NCBI GenBank assembly: GCA_002633005.1
Contig: NMRA01000238.1
Coordinates: 434,001-498,000, forward strand
Source: Phoronis australis
Taxonomy: Eukaryota; Animalia; Phoronida
Length of the DNA stretch: 64,000 nt
Direction: 5' to 3'
The notes under the pieces are model-generated. The model worked only from the letters and a program-made list of their open reading frames with translations, did no database searches and was not told the origin of the DNA. Position numbers and translations under genes: made by a program. The first letter of the stretch is position 1. Every line of letters begins with the position of its first letter. Below, piece by piece: positions 40,590-52,407 of the stretch.

Positions 40590-41100
40590 CTGCGGGAGGT
40601 AAGCTTAGTCGACTCAAGAAGATAACTGTGCAGTCTTCTATTAGACGCTTTCGCAGCTACCCCGGTGCTTTTGCTATCAAAATGCCGGCTAATTCCGCAG
40701 TATGGACGGCATCTTTATCGAATGAGATACCGCACAGGCTCTGCCAGATGCGGAAGCGATCTGTTTGACACGTGACCAAAACGTTACTAAAGCGAGGCTA
40801 AGGAATTCCGCGCTGTTTTCGAAGGGGGTTTCCCAAAATCCCTGTCACTCTCCATTCTTGTGCACGTGTAGGTAGTGAACAATGTGATGGAAGCGGCACT
40901 GCTGTCCAGGTGAACGGCGAACTAATTTCCGATCTGAATTGATACGTTAGACTTCAACAAATGCCGGTGTCTTGGATTCTAGTGTTTTTTCATGGTGCGG
41001 ACGGGAGCACTCATGCAGTGCTGGCTCAGTTCAGACGGTGGTACTAGCTAGAGAGCATTAATGCTCCCGCTAATCTCTACTCACACGAAATACTTGGCTA
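40590..41100 (-). promoter_or_regulatory. Probable promoter/5' UTR region of the C2CD2-like gene
   Basis: CpG-richer than flanks and directly upstream of the ATG; CACGTGAC E-box at 40769-40776, GGGGTTTCCC kB-like site at 40825-40834, second CACGTG at 40863-40868. Confidence 0.45.
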
Positions 41101-43002
41101 CGAACATCATATGGCTTCACTGGAGTTGTACACGTAAACAAATTACGTTTTCTGCGGTTATCAATATTTCCGGCTATAAAGACTGAGCTGGGGTTAACCT
41201 GTTACAGTCCACCTAAAATTCCGTTAAAGTGTTCTGCGTAATAAAGTTTCTTAGAATCCGAAAAAAATCACGGAGTGTGAAAAGAAGATCTAAGGGCCAT
41301 ACGGATAGCAAGGAGCAAGGCTGTCTGTCTCAACTGAACTATAGCTGTGAGCTAGCTTGCACCAATGTGAAAGTAAGAACTTGAATTGGATGAAATAGGT
41401 TTGCCGCTGGTCATCTCAGCTATCATTCAGACAGGCAGTTTAATTGGGGAGATTTTATTTTTATTAAGGTCCTGCTTTGAAGATACATTTTTTTGAAAAG
41501 GGCGAGCTTTCAGAGTCCCTGGCGCATTGCCTTTGGAGCTGTTTAAAAATCACTTGTTAAAGTACGGGTACCTCAGTTTATGGTGATCAGGGACAAATGA
41601 TGCACCGGGTTTCTCAAAAATGTACACACTTCAGTTCAATGCCGGCAATTCAAATTCAGTTCCCGTGGACCACACTATGCACTCGTGCCTGGTGTGTGGT
41701 TACACCTCGCTTCACGTGTTCTGTATTCACGGGAATGGCAAACAAACGAAAATGAATTGCGCATGACGGAAGTGCAAAGACAGTTAATCTTCACAAGTTA
41801 ATAATGAGCAATGTCTTTAATTTGATTTCAAGGCTTAATGCATTTTCATCTTATGTGTGTGAATTTAAGCTAATTATCTGTCCCCGAGTCAATAAACAAA
41901 GCACTTATTGTCATTTGAATTGTGGGTACATTTTGGGAAACCTTGTAGAACTGTCCGAAACCGTCATTATCTTTGAATTATTTCAGATAAGCGTGCATCA
42001 TCTTATGTACTTGGTTATTTGCGGATCGGGTGATAGAGATGTTCGGCACAACTCCAGCCTACAGCGCAAGTTCACTGAAGCATCATCAATTTTTACACTA
42101 TTAGCTTCTAATTATCAAAAAACCATCCATGAATCAGTTGATTTTATAGACACGTAAACATGTAACTCAGAAACCAGCAAATTCGATGTTTATTAAAACA
42201 AAATATTATATATTCAACTATCGAAAGTATACTCGCAGATTTTTGACAGTAACCGAGGAACATGGGAGACGGGACAAGAGGTTTGGAGGTGCCTCAAAGA
42301 AATTTTCCGAATTTATTCGTGTTAACGTGTACTTTGGTTCATTACAGAGGTAGCTGTTACGGTTTATGAGGTAAACTTGAACTTCAAACATGGCTGAACT
42401 CTTGCCAGTGCATGTGCAGTATTTTGAGTACCTTTATCCGTTAAACATGTACACTGTAAATGGTCAACAAAAATCGTACTCCCGATAGTCTCTTCTTACA
42501 CACAACTCCCAGTAACGATCTTCAAATGAAATACTATTCTTATGATACTATGGGGAAAAACATCGACATTTAATGTTTATAAAACCATCTGAAGTATTCA
42601 TAGACCACAGTTCACACTCTTCCAATTCTTCAAACTTCCATCCTTTCTGTGACGGTCTATCATATTGTACTTTTCAGTACAATCAAATTTGGTTGTTTGG
42701 GCGAATGTTTTGATACTTCTGAGCTGTGCACGAACTTTTTGTGTTTTTTTCGATGTAACTGGAATCTGACAGTGCCGAGTTTATACAGGAGCAAAGGGGC
42801 AATTGCTCCGGTCCGTCCCTCCAAGACAGGGCCCCATCTGAAAGGGGACCCTTTAATATAAAAATCAAATGTCATTGGAAAAATGGAATAGAGTGATTGT
42901 CAATTAGATTATTGTGCGATCATCCAAGAAATGACCTACTTTAACATAAAACTTTGTACGATTTTACAAAAACATGAAAACAGGGGCAATCTACTAGGAA
43001 GT

Positions 43003-43389
43003 TATCAATAATACGATAAGTGTGGTCGCAAAATGATCTATAATTTATCAATAATACGATAAGTGTGGTCTCAAAATGATCTATAATTTATCAATAATAC
43101 GATAAGTGTGGTCGCAAAATGATCTATAATTTATCAATAATACGATAAGTGTGGTCGCAAAATGATCTATAATTTATCAATAATACGATAAGTGTGGTCT
43201 CAAAATGATCTATAATTTATCAATAATACGATAAGTGTGGTCTCAAAATGATCTATAATTTATCAATAATACGATAAGTGTGGTCTCAAAATGATCTATA
43301 ATTTATCAATAATACGATAAGTGTGGTCGCAAAATGATCTATAATTTATCAATAATACGATAAGTGTGGTCGCAAAATGATCTATAATT
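43003..43389. repeat. 43-bp near-perfect tandem array, 9 copies
   Basis: TATCAATAATACGATAAGTGTGGTC(G/T)CAAAATGATCTATAATT x9 with one variable position. Confidence 0.97.
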
Positions 43390-44567
43390 TCGAGAAACGG
43401 AAAATGAGCAGCAATTGATGCTATCTATCAGGTTGTTAGTTTTTATCAAGTGGTATGCAATATGCAATTCCGAAAAAAAAACGAAACAAGAGATCGGCAG
43501 ATGATTCCATTATACCTCGCCAAAGTGGGGTTCAAAAGGAGAAATATATAATAAATTTGCATTCCCTAAATTTGTCCTCTTGAAATTAAAAATTCAATGA
43601 AGTAATATGGTTTGCAAAAGCTGCGATTTACAGATTTTCTCGACTTATTCAAAATACGGGTACGAATGATTTAGTGCACGTTTTCAAATGCGTTTAGACG
43701 TCGTCTAGTTTCTTATCTCGGTCCTGGCATGGTTCGTCGGATTAAAAGCATTACTTTATCTAACGCGTTAACTTTGCTACCCGGGAAAGTCAGTACAACT
43801 GAATGAACTCAGACCTGCGGCGATGAATCTTTATAGGTCCCGTTGAAGCAATCAAGAAGTCCACCCGATCAGTTTTTTCACCACGTGAACTTAATGACGC
43901 TAAATCGCCGTAATAAAAGTAAACAGAACATGAACCAAATGGGATCAAATCAGCGCCGGTTTTCAAACTTTGGCGCTGCTTAGAATTTTCTTGAATGTGT
44001 CACTGACCTCGATTGCCGTTTCCTGACACGAGATAAACGCTTACAATATACAGAAGACCCCACACCGTATTACCGCGCCTTTAGGCCCATGTGCCTATGT
44101 CCGAAATAACGCCCTTTTCGCGATTTTTTTACCCAAGTGGTTCACATATTGGCGCATGCGCTTAAGTTTCGCACATAAGCCCATGTAATGTCCCCTGCAT
44201 AGGCCCATACGTTAATTTTCGTATAGGCACACCCATTTTCTTTTTTGGGAAATTGGCTTGCTTTTCATTAACATCATTTTATTGAAAATACAACTTAATA
44301 TATATTTACGAAATGTGTCGATTATTGGCCATTTGTGTCGCTTTCTCAAAGGTGCTTTGAAAATATAACAAGGGGTAAGCATACAGCGGGGTCTATCGGC
44401 AGGCCTCCCTAGTCGTGTCCCGGGTATCTGTGAAAACTCCCCAGACGGCGGTCCACGGGGTCAAGTCCGGCAGCTTGCGAGGTCTGCGGTGCCGAGGCCG
44501 GAACGCTGCAGGTCGGTCTATCACTGCGTTGGCGGTCGTGATGCCGCGGACTAAGTGCCGGCATATT

Positions 44568-44726
44568 CCGTAATCGTTCGGGTTAACGCCGATGTTCAGT
44601 TAACCGCCCATCCTCGACTTTAAGTGGATTTTCGATTTAACCGCCCACTGCTCGGTTAACCGCCCTTCCCCGATTTTTTGGATTCGTCAATTTAACCGCC
44701 CAGGGCGTTAACCCGAACGATTACGG
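44568..44726. mobile_element. Tc2/pogo-type (Tc1-mariner superfamily) MITE
   Basis: Perfect TIR CCGTAATCGTTCGGGTTAACGCC / GGCGTTAACCCGAACGATTACGG; internal TTAACCGCCC x4; TA at right flank; empty site in paralogous arm near 47435. Confidence 0.85.
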
Positions 44727-45252
44727 TATATTTAATGTGGTCTCCCAGTATGGCATCTGAAGCGGTGCACACATAAGGCCTGATCGGCTGCCCTGCGCCC
44801 ACGTATCCATTACCCACGGATTGGTGGAGTACACACTGGGAGAAGTTCGCGCCCGCCTGTCCCGCTGCCGGAAAGTGACAATCCAGTCGGTGATCGTAGT
44901 TTGAGGATCAGCAAGTTTTTGTGGGTTTTAGTAGTGAAAAACGAAATGTGTCGATTTCACCGTCAATAACCGACATATTTTAAAATGCGCGTTTTCGCAT
45001 TACCCTATATCGTGCATCGACCCCGCTATGCTTACCTTTGTTATATTTTCAAGACTCTTTGAGAAACTGACACAAATGGCCAATAATCGACACATTTTTC
45101 GGAACCTGTATACAGGGGGACAGACCTCGGTGCAGCCGCGCTCCGGCCTCGGAAGCGCAGACCGGACCACGCAAGCTGCCGGACGTGACCGCGTGGACCG
45201 CCAACTAAGGACTTTTCACAGATATTGCCGGGACACGACAAGGGGCTGTATA

Positions 45253-45493
45253 GTAGTAGTAATACACTTTATTCACTTTAAGTCAAAAACCAAAAAATAC
45301 AGTTGATACAGATTTACGCTTATGGAGACTCCGTGAAGGACCCGAGAGGTACGCTGACCACGGAGCCACCAGAGAATAAGAAAGAAAAAATACAGCGTTA
45401 CAGATAAGCAGAACTATAAAAATTAGGTGATGATGTACTTTAAAATTACTTGTGTAAAGACTGGGAGAGATTATCGAAAATAGTTACATACAA
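45253..45493 (-). mobile_element. Probable 5'-truncated LINE 3' end (CR1/L2-like)
   Basis: On minus strand: stem CTCCGTG..CACGGAG, AATAAA, then (TAC)n tail; interrupts the foldback arm at CTGTATA|CCGGCC. Confidence 0.5.
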
Positions 45494-48400
45494 CCGGCCA
45501 TCGACCCCGGTACGTTTGCTTTTTGTTACATTTTCAAAGCACCTTTGAGAAAGCGACACAAATGGCTAATAATCGACACATTTCGTAGGACTTAAAATTA
45601 TTTCAACACAACGTTTCTGAAACCGACACAAATGGCCAATAATCGACACATTTCTCGGGATTAAGTAAATTTTCTGACCCAAGTGCGAAAAGTCTTGGGC
45701 CGCCGGTTTATCGCCGCCGCCTTAAGCCTACGCCTCGACATAATCCCGTAATTGTCACGGAGCGACTACAAACAGATTAGTTTTCTGGTACATGCATTCC
45801 GCCAGTATGTCGCCGTGGGCCCGACGAATCTCCATTCATCCCACTCCGCACGCAGGGACCTTGTTAGACCCCGATGTCTTTGTGAATAAGCGTTTGATGT
45901 TAGATGGAGTAAGAGGTCCCCACTGAGACCGCGCTACTGACTTCGGTGACGCTAGGCTATCGTGGCACAGCGAATAGTAAGATATTACATGCAAGGGGAA
46001 GTGTCAAGATATATGTCGTAATATTTTAACTTTGTTGTCTCTAATAGATGTAATTTTGAAATCTGCACCCGTCACCGAAAGGTAAGTTTCCTGAGGCAAA
46101 CTGTACGTCTCAGTGGGGTCACAACTAAGATCATTGTCATTTGCGTCGATTAGTACGAGGACCACCTTAGTTTTTTTCGGCGCTAAATGGGACTCAGAAA
46201 CGTCACATTGAAAAACTTTATAAGTCCCAAGAAATGTGTCGATTTTTGGCCATTTGTGTCGCTTTCAGAAACGTTGCGTTGAAAATTTTTACAAGTCCCT
46301 AGAAATGTGTCGATTATTAGCCATCTGTGTCGCTTTCTCAAAGGAGCCCCAGTCGTGTCCCGGCTATGATCTTCAAAAAGTCTCCAGACGGCGGCTCACG
46401 CAGTCCCGGCAGTCGGGATGCGGGTCTGGGCTGGCCGAGGCCAGGGCGCTACAGTCCCCCTGCAGTTCTGTCTATGCGTATGTGCGAAATTTACTAAGTC
46501 CTGAAAAATGTGTCGATTATGGGCCATTTGTGTCGCTTTCAGAAAAGTTGCGTGGAAAAATTAAGTTTCATGAATTGTGTCGATTATTGGCCATGTGTCG
46601 CTTTCAGAAACGTTGCGTTGCAGAATTTACTAAGTCCCGAAAAATGTGTGTCGATTATTGGCCATTTGTGTCGCTTTCTCAAAGGAGCCTTGAAAACATA
46701 ACAGAGGTAGGCAAACATAGCGGGGTCGAGCGACGGGTCGGGATACAGTGGCCCTAGTCGTGTCCCAGCTATCTGTAAGTCCCCAGACGGCGGTTCACGC
46801 GGTCCAGTCGGCCTGCGGGGTCTGCGCTGGCCGAGGTCGAAAGGGCTGCAGTCCCTCTGCAGGTCTGTCTCTGCGTATGTACGAAATTTTCTCAAGTCCA
46901 GAAAAATGTGTCGATTATGGGCCATTTGTGTCGCTTTCAGAAAAGTTGCGTTGAAAATTTTTCCAAGTCCTAAGAAATGTGTCGATTATTGGTCATTTGT
47001 GTCGGTTTCAGAAACGTTGTGTTGAAATAATTATAAGTCCCGAGAAATGTGTCGATTATTGGCCACTTGTGTCGGTTTCAGAAACGATGCGTTGAAAAAT
47101 GTTTAAGTCTTACGAAACGTGTCGATTATTGGCCATTTGTGTCGCTTTCTCAAAGGTGCTTTGAAAATGTAACAAAAAACAAACGTATCGGGGTCCAGCG
47201 CCTGGCCGGTATACAGTCCCGTGTCATGTCCCGGCAATATCTGTGAAAAGTCCCCAGCCGGCGCTTGCGGGGTCTGCGCTGCCGAGGTCGGAGCGCGGCT
47301 GCAAGTCTCATAGTGTCCCTTGCGTATGTGTGCGAAATTTTTTATGTTCCGAGAAATGTGTCGGTTATTGGCCATTTTTGTCGGTTTCAAGTTCAGAGAC
47401 ATTGGTGGTCGTGATTCCGACTAAGCGCCGGCATATATACTTATGCAGTTTCCCAGAATGGCATCTGAAGTGGTCCACATACTAAAAGGCCTGATCGCCT
47501 GCCCTGCGGCCACGTATCCATTAGGCCTACGGTTGGCGGAGGACCAACTGGGAGAATGAGTTCGCGCCCGCTGTCCCGGTGCCGGAAAGTGACGATCCAG
47601 TCGGTGATCGTAGTTTAATCAGCAAGTTTTTGCGGGTTTTAGTTGTGTCGATTTCACCGTCAAAAACCGACGCATTTGAAAATGCACGTTTTCAATTTAC
47701 CCTATATCGTGCCATGTATCGTCTCCCGAGTTCAAAAGAACGCCACTGACAGAACTGAATAAGTCAGTGTAGGCTTATCTGACTCCAGTAACCATCAGGA
47801 TTTATGCCAGGGTTATTTACTTGAGTGTAATGCACGTGCTGAAGTTTATTAGGATTGTTTCTCGATCACTTTCTGCTATTAACTGTACGGTCGAAGCACA
47901 TATAACTAGTTGAACATACAGTTAGTACTATTTACTTGAGATTCATGGCAATAGGGCCGTCCCGGATTACACAGTGACACTCGAATCTCGCTGTATTTAC
48001 CCAAAATGCCGTAAACATTCGTCAGGCACATTTGCTGCCTCGTTTTCGAGCCACTGGAGTTTCACGTTATTTGTTGTTGTCTGATTCTTAACAAGTTTTT
48101 CTCGGTTGCATTACTCTATTCGTTCTTCCTATGCTAACGAAGTATTAAATGTGTTGTGCGTGAAAACTTTTTATAAACTGGACAAGTACCTGTCAATGCG
48201 TGATCTAAAATTCTTTGCCTTCCCGACACCCTAATACGCAGCAACAGCGTGGCATGTTGACTGACTCGTAAGCAAAAGCAAACGACGACCGAACTTATCA
48301 CAACCGAGGTAGAAAAATGACTGACTCGACTGCTCTCACAGTCAGACTATATGAAAAGAAATGGTGCGAAATTCTTGCCTCCCAAAACGTCACTTCCGGA

Positions 48401-49379
48401 GTAGACGACGAGTAATTAATTAAATTACGAAAAGCAGTAAATAAGTGAAAATTATGTCTGGAATAACCAACGAACTTTATTTTTTGCTAAAAATGACATT
48501 AAAAAAGGTTGCCTTCGCCTTTAACCCATCGGTGTCTGGTCTATAGTCCAGAGGCTTCGCAATCAAACTTGTCTGATGTTAACGAAGGGTCAACTAATAT
48601 GTGCCATTCAGGACTATTCCCCAGGCTATACCAACAGGTTTCTCATGAATAAGTGACAATCTAAGATACGGACATCCACCAAACTATTACGACAAGTATA
48701 CATGGAACTATGATTTCTAGAGATCGCCACAAATTTTGGTAGGTCATACTTGTGTTTACAGTTGCACTTAGTGAGTGCGTCTTTAATTGCACCCGAAATC
48801 AGGAGACTACTGCAAAAGAAAAATTCACCTGTCTAACAGATAATGTCCAAATGGAAGAGAATTTAAGGCGAAGGTCAAGGTGAATCCCAAGTGTCTTGAC
48901 CGAATTTTCACATTCAATTTTGGTGTCAACGATCAGTAAAAATTCAACATCATTTATGCCATTTTTTGGAAAAGATTATGGACTTTTTTCAGTATTTGCT
49001 TCCATAGGGTTTGCTGTAAACCAATAAGTGGCCACCTGACATACAGCACATAGGACTTGTCTTTACATTACTTAAAAAAGGATATCAAACTCAGTTTTGT
49101 CCTATTAACAGATATTAAAACGACATGCCCATCCAATTCCCTGAAACAAAATAAAGCTCTAAAACCCTCAAAAACTTGGAAGAAAATTTGAGAACTCCTT
49201 TCAGACCAAAGCAGCCCTAGTCTTTTAGGACAAGGACATATGGAGAAAGACCACCCACCAAGAACCATAATACCCAATCTGTAACAGGATTATTTTCAGT
49301 TGATACCTGCTATTATCTTGCAAGATTGGCACCAATGATGCATTGGCAGGTGAAAGAATGAGGACTGGCTGAAATCATC

Positions 49380-49770
49380 AAAACAGGGTTTAGTATCCTT
49401 TTAAAGAGCTATCTATCTTCTAATATAGATAGCACTTTAAAACAGCAGTATTATCATCAGCATAGTTATGTAGATTGCAATGAAGAGACCATTTATCATA
49501 ATATTAAATAACATAGGCCCCTGAGTACTGATCCTTGGGGAACTTCCTTAGTGACCTGGGACCATGAGCTGAATGAGCACCCTATACTGACCCTCATTTG
49601 TCTATTTGCCAAATTAGACTTTACAGCACATGTTATCAGAACATCCATAACCTCTGACTTTAGCCAGCAATAAAGCATGCTAAACAGTCAAATGTTTCAG
49701 AAAGGTCCATTTAACATAGAACCTGCTATGAGTTTTCGGTCCAAGGCCATACCTATGTCTTTAGTTAAGT
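49380..49770 (-). pseudogene. Decayed CR1/L2-type LINE reverse transcriptase fragment
   Basis: Frameshifted RT motifs: DLS..FDC-like, RQMRV.IG..SSW..V...VPQGSVL, YADD. Confidence 0.8.
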
Positions 49771-49819
49771 ATCTTCGACTTGAAAGACAAGTCAGTTAAA
49801 GGGGTATTAAAACTGCTGG

Positions 49820-49977
49820 TCAAACATCGGTCATCAGCTTCGCAGGAACAAATGTACAACATTTTAATAAGATCTGAATGGGGTTTAGGATACTCTTATT
49901 ATACACGTGCAGATGCTAGACACCCAGACAGAGATGATGAGATATGTATCCACATACAAATATATGGGCGCATGAAA
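49820..49977 (+). mobile_element. Degenerate 3' end of the HINE family
   Basis: CAGACAGAGATGA...ATCCACATACAAATATATGGGCGCATGAAAA matches the 3' hairpin at 9320-9354. Confidence 0.55.
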
Positions 49978-51437
49978 ATTGAATTCAGTTACCCTGGGAA
50001 ACAAGTGGATGACACCTGTTCATACCTACTTTATTTCATAGCAAACAAAACGATTGGAAAATCTTATTTCAACACATTTATTATCAATTTTACAAAAGAA
50101 AAGTACATTTAGGATATAGAACCATTATATGCAATTATACAATACTCAACAAAATATGTACATCAGAAAAGAAGAATTCACTTACTAATTATAAAAGTGG
50201 ATTTTTGCCAAATGTATGCCAGGCATGTGTTGTGTAGTACCAACGACCTTGAGAAAATGCAAGGTCACCCAAGTCTTGGTGAGATATTACCATGTATTAC
50301 AAACAAAGCAGGGGACCACACTAGCTTACTTAGCTAGATTCTTACCTCTACAGTCAACCAGCAAATGATTATGCCAGCCTTAGGATGTGCTCATGTGACT
50401 TTTGAAATAATTGTGAGACAATGGTTGAAACTGAAGCATGAAAGCACCTTTTTCTTAAGGAGCGAGTTTTGAAATGAAACCAGTGACAGACCAGAACCAA
50501 TTATGCTTCACTTCAACACAAATCTATTTGCAATGTTCATTCACCAAAATGAGCTGTCACAAGGTGTTGCCAGTCATCAGGTATCCTCCATGAGGTTTTT
50601 TGAGCAGGTCTCATCTTCAGACAGAAATTTAAATTCTTAATGAATTTAACTTTTCCTGCTCTCCATTAGAATGAGTTTAATTTAAGTGCAATATGATATT
50701 TCCGTATTTGTACTCCAAATTGGAACTTTGTGATCCCTGAATATATGGTTAAAAACTTGAATTCTTAGCTTCAATTTGTGGCCACAAAGTGCCAATTTGG
50801 ATTATGTACTCAGCTACCTGAATGATAATAAGTCAAGTACAAACTTATCTAAAGTTCACTCTAAAATAGAACAAAAAATACTAAAACTAAGTTGGCAGGT
50901 TAGATTTCAGGCCATGCCCTAGTCTGAGTTGGTAAGAGATAAAGGCCAGAGGAGAATAGCTAAAACCTTTGAACATTATCATATTTAAGAGACTTCCCTA
51001 ACAAGCAGCATTAACTTGACATACAAATACAAGTGAAAAGAATTAAACATTCCATACATTGATACATACAAAGTAGCATAATTACACACATTTTATTACA
51101 TACATTTTGTACACAGTATATTTAACACAATGGCCAAAATTTGGCACAGCAAAAGTTAACATTAGTGAAGAAGGCAAGAGTTCTTGTCAACGTTAATACC
51201 CAAGTTGGGAAGACTTATCTTTTGTGGACTTATACTAAATTTGCATTCAAATTGGAGATTGGTGATTTACAAGTGAGAGAACACGAGAGAAAAATTTCAC
51301 TGAATTAAAATATCGTTTTTATGTAAATTATGCGTCTTATTTTTAATAGCGTATAAATGTCGGTGCAATGCCCTTTGCTGAACATGCGATTGTTGCGCGT
51401 GCTCATTTAAGTACTCTATTTTCATGTTCGATGACGT

Positions 51438-51502
51438 CAGCCGCTGAGTGGTGTAGTGGTAAAATCGGGGACTCGCAACTCTTGAGGCCAGAGTTTCCAG
51501 CC
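51438..51502 (+). mobile_element. Possible tRNA-derived SINE head
   Basis: A-box-like TGGTGTAGTGG, anticodon-loop-like CTCGCAA, degenerate B-box GAGTTTCCAGCC; no full cloverleaf. Confidence 0.35.
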
Positions 51503-52407
51503 AAAACTGATAACTATATTGGAATGTGTTTATATCCTGTAGTTACATAATATTCTATCCTGTTGTTGTTTATGGTTTAGTGGTTCCTGTTTTGTAGTAG
51601 TCAGTACTGTATTAGTCATATATTCCTAGAACCTATTGACTTCCTGTACATTTCTGTATATATTCTATTATTTGTTGATATCAATAGACTTTTAGTTCGA
51701 CAGCCAACTGGGCACAATCTTTGTTTTACTCACGACTTTTCAAAACGACATCTCACTAGTGAGATAACTTTATGGGTTATTACACGGTTATATCTGCCAT
51801 TCGAGGCTAATATTGTGGTATAAAATCCAGTATCAATCTCCTAAGTACTGTAGCATTTTAAGGACAATACCACTCCACAGCCTGAGCAGGACTCTTCCTG
51901 CGCAGTGACTGTATTGTTATATCCAGGTAACCCTGTGTTGATGCTGGAGATATATTCCAATCTCCGCACTTTTTAAAGATTTGCAAAATGTTAACAGAGC
52001 ACCTGTATTTGGTTAATAAATTCAAAGGGTGTTCTGTTTTTATGGTAAAATATTTCAGTGCAGGAACTCTGAAACTTCATATCGTTTGTCATTTTTCTTT
52101 TACAGGAAAACAGATTTGAGAAACGCAATGACTGTTCAATGCCGAAGGAACTTCTGAAAGACTTGAAGTCCAAGACAGAAAGACTTGGTTGGGAAAAACA
52201 GAGAGAAGCTCATCTGAGTAAACAAAGGTATATTATTGTTTTGGCTTGAACAATAATTGACCTGGTAACTGAAAAATGGATTGGTGTATATTTGTCCACC
52301 ACCATGTGTTAATGCCAAAGGGAAATGTTGTTGATACTTGTAATTTTTTACCACCTGGACTGTAATGCTAGAAAGTTTGAACTGAAACTGTACTTCCTTT
52401 GTTGCAG

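Larger units (their letters stand above)
44305..47711. mobile_element. Modular foldback-like non-autonomous DNA element with nested copies
   Basis: 35-bp core AAATGTGTCGATTATTGGCCATTTGTGTCGCTTTC occurs about 11 times on + and 3 times on -; 44305-45014 is a direct repeat of 47110-47711, both ending CCCTATATCGTG. Confidence 0.7.

Noticed and set aside
43003-43389. CRISPR array
   Set aside because: Head-to-tail tandem units with no spacers.
46230-47390. CRISPR-like alternation of a 35-bp repeat with ~35-bp spacers
   Set aside because: The spacers are homologous to each other (two recurring module types), the context is eukaryotic and there are no cas genes.
46236-47485. Several Cys-rich ORFs (up to 173 aa)
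   Set aside because: Translations of the repeat core in different frames; no consistent protein.
51438-51502. Functional tRNA gene
   Set aside because: No acceptor stem or proper T-arm; at best a SINE head.
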